Below, piece after piece: positions 19,262 through 24,819 of a DNA stretch of 37,171 bases (positions are counted from its first letter, which is position 1; the number at the start of each line of letters is the position of its first letter). The DNA lies in IMG/VR virus record IMGVR_UViG_3300046103_001182; one strand, 5' to 3'. Under the pieces are notes generated by a model, which saw nothing but the letters and a program-made list of their open reading frames with translations, did not search any database and was not told the origin of the DNA. This stretch comes from a virus. The translations under genes and the position numbers were made by a program.

Positions 19262-19636
19262 CTAGAACTCGTCAGGTACCTCGGTGACAGACTCTGCCTC
19301 CTGTACCACCCTGATCTTGCCTAGGTAGGTGCTGGGGCCCCATGTGGGATGCTCTGGCCCCATTGTGAACACCACTCGAACGTCAGAGCCTCGGGGAATC
19401 TCACCTAGATACGGGCTATCGTCTAGGTTTAGTGCCTCCACCGCGTACTTGGATTTAAACTTACGCTGGAAGGAACCCTCGTATTCCTTTAGCCTGACGC
19501 CTTTTTGCTGCAAAATCTCAGCGTCACCATCGTCTAAGGTTACTGTCAGGGAGTAATACCCCGTGTCCTGTCCATTGTACTCATCTGTTTTTGACACAGA
19601 AGAAAATGCTACCTTACCTGTTACCATTGAAGTCAT
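19262..19636 (-). CDS. Single-stranded DNA-binding protein (T7 gp2.5-like)
   Basis: The call rests on its position next to the helicase, its 124-aa size and the acidic C-terminal tail ending EVPDEF. AGGAGCAG SD upstream. Confidence 0.6.
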   Translation of the reverse strand: MTSMVTGKVAFSSVSKTDEYNGQDTGYYSLTVTLDDGDAEILQQKGVRLKEYEGSFQRKFKSKYAVEALNLDDSPYLGEIPRGSDVRVVFTMGPEHPTWGPSTYLGKIRVVQEAESVTEVPDEF

Positions 19637-19675
19637 AATTTACTGCTCCTATACATTATAAAGGGTACTGAGTTT

Positions 19676-19704
19676 AGTATAACACGCTTACGCGCAACTG
19701 TACA
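19676..19704 (-). promoter_or_regulatory. Putative sigma70 promoter for the SSB/replication block
   Basis: The minus strand reads TGTACA-17-TATACT with an extended -10 (TGTTATACTAAAC) shared with two other promoters. The -35 is weak. Confidence 0.45.
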
Positions 19705-19705
19705 A

Positions 19706-19912
19706 TTATATGGTACCTCCGTACTGGTTGTTGTCGTTATTCCTATCTATGGGTTCATACTGAGACATTACACGATCACCACAGCGCATAACGTATTTGT
19801 CTCCCCCTAGGGCATAATCTACTCCCTTGTCCCATGCGCTCAGAGCCTCGCTCCTGTTATCATAGGTGCCCCACAATTTCCCGTTTCTTTCTATCGTATA
19901 CTCTTCACTCAT
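19706..19912 (-). CDS. Hypothetical protein
   Basis: 68-aa ORF with an 8-nt overlap with the upstream gene. Confidence 0.55.
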   Translation of the reverse strand: MSEEYTIERNGKLWGTYDNRSEALSAWDKGVDYALGGDKYVMRCGDRVMSQYEPIDRNNDNNQYGGTI

Positions 19913-20207
19913 CTTTCTTCTCCTTAACTTTAGGTATCATGCCTTTTGACCACAGGGCCCAGTGGTGCGCCCTTACAACACCATAACAAGCCTCTACGAA
20001 CTCGTCAACACTACGCACATGCCCTACGGCATCCATCGGTATGTTAACGTCCATCTGTTCTTCAATCCCGGCCAGGATTTCTAGCTTACCCAGAGAGTCT
20101 ATGTCCTCCCAGCTTTCGTAGCAGCCGTCATACATATCCTCCATTACTGCCCTCCGTATGTCTGCCATGCAGTCCCACGATGGGTCTCTCTCGTCTGCTT
20201 CAAACAT
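19905..20207 (-). CDS. Acyl/peptidyl carrier protein-like (phosphopantetheine-attachment DSL motif)
   Basis: DSLGKLEILAGIEEQMDVNIPMDAVGHVRSVDEFVEA aligns without gaps to E. coli ACP [38 protein letters not shown]. Confidence 0.6.
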   Translation of the reverse strand: MFEADERDPSWDCMADIRRAVMEDMYDGCYESWEDIDSLGKLEILAGIEEQMDVNIPMDAVGHVRSVDEFVEACYGVVRAHHWALWSKGMIPKVKEKKDE

Positions 20208-20412
20208 AGCCTAAGTCCCTCGCTGTCTTTTTCCAATAGTCACACGCGCTGTCTACTATGTCGAACTCGCGTTTAGTCTCCGCTGCGTCCTCTAGCTGCT
20301 GCGTCACCTTATTAGCTACGTATCCCTCTTTAAACAACAGGTTCGCCATGTGGCACCTATCACCCTCTGACAGCCCCTCGAACATATCTCTTACAGTGTT
20401 TACGTTATCCAT
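20200..20412 (-). CDS. Hypothetical protein
   Basis: 70-aa ORF, coupled at both ends. Confidence 0.55.
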   Translation of the reverse strand: MDNVNTVRDMFEGLSEGDRCHMANLLFKEGYVANKVTQQLEDAAETKREFDIVDSACDYWKKTARDLGYV

Positions 20413-20573
20413 TATCGCTCCTCCTCTGGTTCATCTAAAGGGTCGTCTACATAGTACTCTGGTGGGCGGTCAGGTAACCGTGTTCCTGCTACTATCAGGC
20501 AGGTAATGACTACCATTAAACAACCCGCAACGGACATTATAAAAATTAACAGCGCCAAAAAGAAATCTAACAT
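20412..20573 (-). CDS. 53-aa membrane micro-protein (MLDFFLALLIFIMSVAGCLMVVITCLIVAGTRLPDRPPEYYVDDPLDEPEEER)
   Basis: Hand translation. One N-terminal TM helix plus an acidic tail. The start overlaps the upstream stop (TGATG) and the stop overlaps the downstream start (TAATG). Confidence 0.6.
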   Translation of the reverse strand: MLDFFLALLIFIMSVAGCLMVVITCLIVAGTRLPDRPPEYYVDDPLDEPEEER

Positions 20574-20962
20574 CAGTCCATCCTCGTTATAAAAGTATCG
20601 TCAGTATCTCTAACAACCGTTATGGCGTGAGAGTATATCAGTAATTCTACTCCACTGTCAGGGTACTTGCAAGACATATAGGGAAACAGATCAGGGTCTG
20701 CTGGTCCGTCCTCTGGGTCGTCAGGTTCATTAGAGACCATTACACCGTCTTCCTTAACGGTACCCCAGAAACCCTCTTTACCGTCCCCGAAGCCAAATCC
20801 ATAAATATCCATCATGGACTTAAAAATACCATCGGCTGGGGCTTCCTCTGTGAGGCGCTCCATAGACTCTGCATAAAACAGAGGTATTACGCCACACGCC
20901 TCTACTAGCCGCTGCTTCGGTACATCTTTAAACTTATTTAACGGGTCTACAGTTACCATCAT
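20573..20962 (-). CDS. Acidic hypothetical protein
   Basis: 129-aa ORF with AAGGAG-type SD (AAAGGAGTAGAGGAAATG). Confidence 0.65.
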   Translation of the reverse strand: MMVTVDPLNKFKDVPKQRLVEACGVIPLFYAESMERLTEEAPADGIFKSMMDIYGFGFGDGKEGFWGTVKEDGVMVSNEPDDPEDGPADPDLFPYMSCKYPDSGVELLIYSHAITVVRDTDDTFITRMD

Positions 20963-20980
20963 TTCCTCTACTCCTTTGGT

Positions 20981-21045
20981 TACCTTAGGAGCCTAAGGCT
21001 ATTTAGTTATTCATTAAACTAAAACTAAATAACTCTGGCTCCTTA
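20981..21045 (-). promoter_or_regulatory. Long imperfect inverted repeat forming a 5'-leader stem-loop
   Basis: The arms CCTTAGGAGCC...TATTTAGTT and AACTAAATA...GGCTCCTTAGG surround a loop of about 15 nt. The element lies between the predicted promoter and the SD of 20962. Confidence 0.6.
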
Positions 21046-21050
21046 GGTTT

Positions 21051-21079
21051 AGTATAACACAAATATACATCTGTGCCTA
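21051..21079 (-). promoter_or_regulatory. Putative sigma70 promoter (TAGGCA-17-TATACT, extended -10)
   Basis: The minus strand reads TAGGCA...TGTGTTATACTAAAC. The palindrome GGTAATATTACC (21089-21100) lies just upstream. Confidence 0.5.
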
Positions 21080-21101
21080 TTTTGTTTAGGTAATATTACC
21101 A

Positions 21102-21374
21102 CTAATCGCCCAGATCATCCAGAGGGCTAGTGATACCCTCACGGGCGCTTGTCTGGTCTCCCCTGTGCCTAGGGCTAGACATCATCACCTCGTCCATGGC
21201 TTCCATGTGCGAATAGCCCTCCTCTATTAGCTCTAGGTAACGCCCTTCCTTTTTAGCGTACATACGCACTACGCGCTCACTAGGATTCTCAAATCCTGCG
21301 CCTACGAGCCAGTGGGCCCTACTACCGCGCAGTTCTACCTCGGCCTCAAAAATCTTCTTATAGACTTCTTTCAT
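21102..21374 (-). CDS. Hypothetical protein
   Basis: 90-aa ORF with ATGA-type overlap with the upstream gene. Confidence 0.6.
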   Translation of the reverse strand: MKEVYKKIFEAEVELRGSRAHWLVGAGFENPSERVVRMYAKKEGRYLELIEEGYSHMEAMDEVMMSSPRHRGDQTSAREGITSPLDDLGD

Positions 21375-21613
21375 GTTTTTACTCCCTTTGGTGGTACATC
21401 GAAAGCTAGGTTATAAGACGCCTCTAGCGTGTCGTAGTCCATTTCTTTGTGCTTGTCTATGTACATCGCCATGATGCGGTCCTTAACGTCACCTAGCGTG
21501 TATATATCAGTGTTAAAACAGGCCATGGCTTCTTCTATCGTCCATGTGCGGGTCTTACGCTCGCTCAGGTCGTACTCCATTATGGCGCGCTTCTCTCTCA
21601 TTTCTTTACTCAT
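21371..21613 (-). CDS. Hypothetical protein
   Basis: 80-aa ORF, coupled at both ends. Confidence 0.6.
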   Translation of the reverse strand: MSKEMREKRAIMEYDLSERKTRTWTIEEAMACFNTDIYTLGDVKDRIMAMYIDKHKEMDYDTLEASYNLAFDVPPKGVKT

Positions 21614-21813
21614 CTTAATCCCCTTATAAGTTTCTCGTGTTGAACGGCTCTCTCGTGCAGCTCCTCAGCTATAAGCATGTGGTTTTCTGCGGAGGTTATA
21701 GTCCAACTGAGTAATCTCCGCGTTCCTCCCGCGCTTACAACTTTATTTATGTCATTTTGGAGAGCCTGAAGCAGCTCGTCTGCTGACATTTTTTGTAATT
21801 CCTTTTTACTCAT
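21610..21813 (-). CDS. Hypothetical protein
   Basis: 67-aa ORF, coupled at both ends. Confidence 0.6.
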   Translation of the reverse strand: MSKKELQKMSADELLQALQNDINKVVSAGGTRRLLSWTITSAENHMLIAEELHERAVQHEKLIRGLR

Positions 21814-21967
21814 CTATCTGTACTCCTTTGTGCTTACGATGCCCACGCTTGGACTTCGCTTTACGGTCCTCGAAAGTATGCGCTAGGTTAAACGTCCTAG
21901 CATGTTTAGCTACAGGGTTTCCCCTAGCGGCTATCTGTTTATCCTGTACTACTCGCTTGTGTCCCAT
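21806..21967 (-). CDS. 53-aa highly basic micro-protein, ArfA-like tail (MGHKRVVQDKQIAARGNPVAKHARTFNLAHTFEDRKAKSKRGHRKHKGVQIDE)
   Basis: Hand translation, checked codon by codon. It fills the 21972-21814 gap and its stop overlaps the next ATG by 8 nt. The pattern NPVA....F......DRKAKSKRGHRKHK recalls ArfA (..[21 protein letters not shown]). Confidence 0.55.
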   Translation of the reverse strand: MGHKRVVQDKQIAARGNPVAKHARTFNLAHTFEDRKAKSKRGHRKHKGVQIDE

Positions 21968-21972
21968 CGTCC

Positions 21973-22752
21973 CTACGCCCTCATGCGGTCATCATAAAAC
22001 AAGCGCATTGTATCATGCGCATCATCGTCTTTGCTGTGCAATAGTGGTGAATTTGCCAGATAAATAGCCCTTGACATTCCTCTGGGCGTCAGGCTGCGAA
22101 TGTACTTTGTACGCGCTGACTTCCCGCCTAGCATCTTGTGGCATGGGTTGACCTCACCCTCTGGCCGCTTGTCAATCAGGTAGTGGTGCGGCATCTCGGC
22201 ACCGTTAGAACACCATAGCCCTGTTTTTTTGTTATATATGTCCCGTGGCGGGTAATACTCTGGAAACTCTGGGTGTACGTCATCCACAGGTAACAAACGC
22301 TGGAATTCGTAGGGCTGCACGTACCCTGTGGGCCTCTTCCACGTTGTGGCTAGTACACTCACGGGATTTTCTACGATAGACGGACACGGCCAGCACTCTA
22401 CAAGCCGCGCTAGGGCTACCGCTTCCGTTTGAAAATCAGGGTTGTCTCTACGCTTACGCGCAAAATGAGCCGCACCCGAGACGGCCAAATCTGTGCATGG
22501 CGCGAATGACAGTATAAACGAGGGCGCAGGTAGCATTAAACCCGCTAGGGCGTTGTCTACGCGCTTATCTGCGTCACGCCCTACTAGGTCTACGTCTAGC
22601 CGACTATGACGCGGGTGCGTCCATTGTGGGCGCTCTGTGTCGCTGTGGTCTGTGTCGCTATGGTCTACACTAACACAGTGGTATCTACCATCGTCTAGCC
22701 ACGGTTGTACTGCGTAGCGTGAGCTATTAAACAGAAATAATATTGTTTTCAT
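21973..22752 (-). CDS. C5-cytosine-methyltransferase-fold protein with divergent motif I
   Basis: Motif IV-like SFAPCTDLAVSGA is followed 42 aa later by motif VI-like SIVENPVSVL, then a C-terminal RSLTPRGMSRAIYLAN. The N-terminal beta-strand TILFLFNSSRY lacks FxGxG. The start is placed at MKT (22752), coupled ATGA to the micro-ORF. Confidence 0.55.
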   Translation of the reverse strand: MKTILFLFNSSRYAVQPWLDDGRYHCVSVDHSDTDHSDTERPQWTHPRHSRLDVDLVGRDADKRVDNALAGLMLPAPSFILSFAPCTDLAVSGAAHFARKRRDNPDFQTEAVALARLVECWPCPSIVENPVSVLATTWKRPTGYVQPYEFQRLLPVDDVHPEFPEYYPPRDIYNKKTGLWCSNGAEMPHHYLIDKRPEGEVNPCHKMLGGKSARTKYIRSLTPRGMSRAIYLANSPLLHSKDDDAHDTMRLFYDDRMRA

Positions 22753-22841
22753 AGTAAACCTAATCCCCATCCGAATATTAAACCCATAGCCACACCCGTA
22801 CAGCATAGCAGTAAAAAGCCAGTTATATCATTATTACTCAT
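22749..22841 (-). CDS. 30-aa hydrophobic micro-peptide (MSNNDITGFLLLCCTGVAMGLIFGWGLGLL)
   Basis: Hand translation, checked base by base. The ATG lies inside the last codons of 22834..23139 and its TGA overlaps the ATG at 22752. Confidence 0.5.
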   Translation of the reverse strand: MSNNDITGFLLLCCTGVAMGLIFGWGLGLL

Positions 22842-23139
22842 TTCTCAATCCTCTTTTAATCACTATCCTAGTATCGGAAATGCCCACAAGGGCGCGAGTA
22901 CACTCACCCGCCCACACTGTTACCTTTTGGCTGGTGGTATCTATTAGGCCGCCATGTTTACCCGCTGTCACCTTGCGTAGTTTGCCAGTGGTGGCTTTTG
23001 CGTACACTATCCATTCACCCTCTATGGTAGTAGTAAACGTGTCACCACCCTGCCACCCGTGTGACGCTAGGCCTTGAACCCATACCCTATGGCCCTTTTT
23101 AGTGGGCGTGATTGTAGTGTTAAATATTTTCTGTTTCAT
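22834..23139 (-). CDS. Hypothetical small beta-rich protein
   Basis: 101-aa ORF with ATGA overlap with the upstream gene. Confidence 0.6.
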   Translation of the reverse strand: MKQKIFNTTITPTKKGHRVWVQGLASHGWQGGDTFTTTIEGEWIVYAKATTGKLRKVTAGKHGGLIDTTSQKVTVWAGECTRALVGISDTRIVIKRGLRNE

Positions 23140-23522
23140 ACTGATACCCTCACTTGTCTGTTTAGCAGTAGTGCTTTACGTGTGCCAGTGTACGCGCTCT
23201 CGTCTGACACGTATACAAAAGATTCATACTTATACGGATTGTAAGTTATCGGTACCATGTGTTCTGTTATAGGCGTATTAAACGGCACCCAATACCCCAC
23301 TAGACCCGCATGGACATTCTTTTTACGCTCACGTAGTACGCGCTCACGACCCGCTTGTGATACTCTAGGGGATACGTCCTGTAATACCACGCCACGCTTG
23401 TGTGCAATCACACGGCCCTTGTGTGGGCCGTCTAGCGCCCTGACAGACCATAGCTTACGATGTAAGTTAAAATACACGTACACGCGCTGTCCTGTAGGTT
23501 TCCCATCTCTTTTGTTTTTCAT
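23136..23522 (-). CDS. Conserved-looking basic phage protein, function unknown
   Basis: 128-aa ORF. The pattern VYFNLHRKLWSV...VHAGLVG looks familiar from other phages, but I cannot name a family. Confidence 0.6.
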   Translation of the reverse strand: MKNKRDGKPTGQRVYVYFNLHRKLWSVRALDGPHKGRVIAHKRGVVLQDVSPRVSQAGRERVLRERKKNVHAGLVGYWVPFNTPITEHMVPITYNPYKYESFVYVSDESAYTGTRKALLLNRQVRVSV

Positions 23523-23525
23523 ATC

Positions 23526-24380
23526 CTAACCCCTTGCGATTATGTTATTGAATTCCGCTACGTTTTGAGCCGTTACAAAAAAAGACTGATAACCCTCACC
23601 CGCGCGTTGCGTCTTATTACTACCTTTACGCTTTAAGATTCCTATGGTACCGCTAGAATCCAACGGGCGTAAGTCTGTAGTGTCAAACGATACCGCGTCA
23701 CTAGGTACCTGTATATTATCGGACTGTAATCCCTTCGTATTGTACGCTACCGCTATTTTGTAACGCGATTGTACTGCTTTTTTTAGTGCTGCTTTGCTTT
23801 GCACACTGTGCATACTAGCAGAAAATGTTAGGTCGTAATTGTCCAGTGTATTTTTACGGACACGCGACAATATTTTTGTATAGTCGTAAAATTGTGATTG
23901 TGGGCGCTCTGCTATAGTGTCAGAAAAGTCTAGGTCGCTAGTGCCGTTTAAACGAAACAGAGCGGGTATACCAGTTTTAACGGCTTTGCGCTCTGCTTTG
24001 TCTATATCTGCTTTTAACTGTAATACAAAGTAATCGTAGCGCATTAAATACCAGATGGTACGCTTTGTGGCGGCCCTGTCCGCGTTACCCTCTGCTATAC
24101 CTAATTGACCACTAGACTTTAAACAGGGCGCTTTACATCCACCTGCCACTGCCATAGCGCAAATGGTATCTAAAGCTACCTTGTCCGCTGGCTGCATATA
24201 AACAATATAGGTATCACGTTTGTCTGGTACACCCTCCGCGTTACCCTTCTCTACTTTTGTACTGGTACCTAAAATACGCATAGGTGTATTAAGATACTCT
24301 ATATTACTGTACGCCCACAATTTAGCCTTATTAGTGAGTAGCTTTGTATACATTATGTCTTTGCGAGTAATAGATAACAT
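23526..24380 (-). CDS. Cys-triad protein, possibly GP88-family-like, function unknown
   Basis: CAMAVAGGCKAPC (C-x7-C-x3-C) is followed by a basic helical segment. The start is placed at ATG 24380 (MLSITRK, AGGGA upstream) because a promoter lies inside the longer track ORF. Confidence 0.6.
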   Translation of the reverse strand: MLSITRKDIMYTKLLTNKAKLWAYSNIEYLNTPMRILGTSTKVEKGNAEGVPDKRDTYIVYMQPADKVALDTICAMAVAGGCKAPCLKSSGQLGIAEGNADRAATKRTIWYLMRYDYFVLQLKADIDKAERKAVKTGIPALFRLNGTSDLDFSDTIAERPQSQFYDYTKILSRVRKNTLDNYDLTFSASMHSVQSKAALKKAVQSRYKIAVAYNTKGLQSDNIQVPSDAVSFDTTDLRPLDSSGTIGILKRKGSNKTQRAGEGYQSFFVTAQNVAEFNNIIARG

Positions 24381-24417
24381 ACTGTTTAATCCCTGTGGTT
24401 TTTGTGTGTGTCCTGTA

Positions 24418-24445
24418 ATTATAGGGCCATATTGTATTATGTCTA
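24418..24445 (-). promoter_or_regulatory. Leftward sigma70 promoter PL (TAGACA-16-TATAAT)
   Basis: On the minus strand the -35 is TAGACA (24445-24440) and the -10 is TATAAT (24423-24418), about 40 nt upstream of ATG 24380. Confidence 0.65.
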
Positions 24446-24550
24446 TGGTAATATTAACATTTAAATAGCTGTACTTTATACGGCACCTTATGCTAGGGAA
24501 TATATACAACCTTCATTCTATTATGCGTGCGCGTGCGAATAGCACAATAC

Positions 24551-24773
24551 CCTATGGTTGTCTATAGTAAATAGTACCTTGCAATGATAGGTGTACCAGT
24601 GTAGGGCATAGGGTGCCATAGGCACCCGCCTAGGCCCACACTCCCCATGGTTGTCAATAGTATTGTGGGGTAATAATAGTGTGGACAGTCCCCTATGGTT
24701 TATGCTAGGGCCCCAGTGGATACCATAGGGGAACCCAGTGAGTACCATAAGGGAACCCAGTGAGTACCATAGG
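24551..24773. repeat. Array of CCATAGG / CCTATGG heptamer sites, including a 17/19 direct repeat
   Basis: Sites at 24551, 24607, 24616, 24644 (variant), 24692, 24723, 24745 (variant) and 24767. CCTATGGTTGTCTATAGTA (24551-24569) matches CCCATGGTTGTCAATAGTA (24644-24662) at 17 of 19 positions. Confidence 0.85.
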
Positions 24774-24780
24774 GGAACGG
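24721..24780. repeat. 22-bp iterons TACCATAGGGGAACCCAGTGAG x2.7
   Basis: Units begin at 24721, 24743 (1 mismatch) and 24765 (partial), preceded by the related CCCCAGTGGA. Confidence 0.9.
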
Positions 24781-24788
24781 TCCTGGAG

Positions 24789-24819
24789 TTATCCACAGGT
24801 TATCCACAGGTTATCCACA
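24789..24819 (+). promoter_or_regulatory. Three perfect tandem DnaA boxes (TTATCCACA) at 11-bp spacing
   Basis: TTATCCACAGG x3: boxes at 24789-24797, 24800-24808 and 24811-24819. Confidence 0.85.

Noticed and set aside
18595-19324. Long antisense ORFs (192 aa and 90 aa) opposite the primase-helicase gene
   Set aside because: The sense strand carries unambiguous gp4-like motifs. The antisense ORFs have no SD and no recognisable features, and ORFs of this kind commonly arise by chance opposite real genes.
21828-22067. Plus-strand 79-aa ORF
   Set aside because: It runs antisense across the junction of two coupled minus-strand genes, including the hand-verified 53-aa ORF, and has a Cys/Leu-rich nonsense-like composition.
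24381-24509. N-terminal extension (MYIFPS...) of ORF 23526..24509
   Set aside because: The PL promoter (-10 at 24423-24418) lies inside this extension, so a transcript from PL would not contain it. ATG 24380 has an AGGGA SD.
24521-24796. 91-aa minus-strand ORF covering the iteron/DnaA-box region
   Set aside because: It lies entirely within the non-coding repeat arrays, so its peptide is repeat-derived. It has no SD and sits upstream of PL, and it would be transcribed by no predicted promoter.
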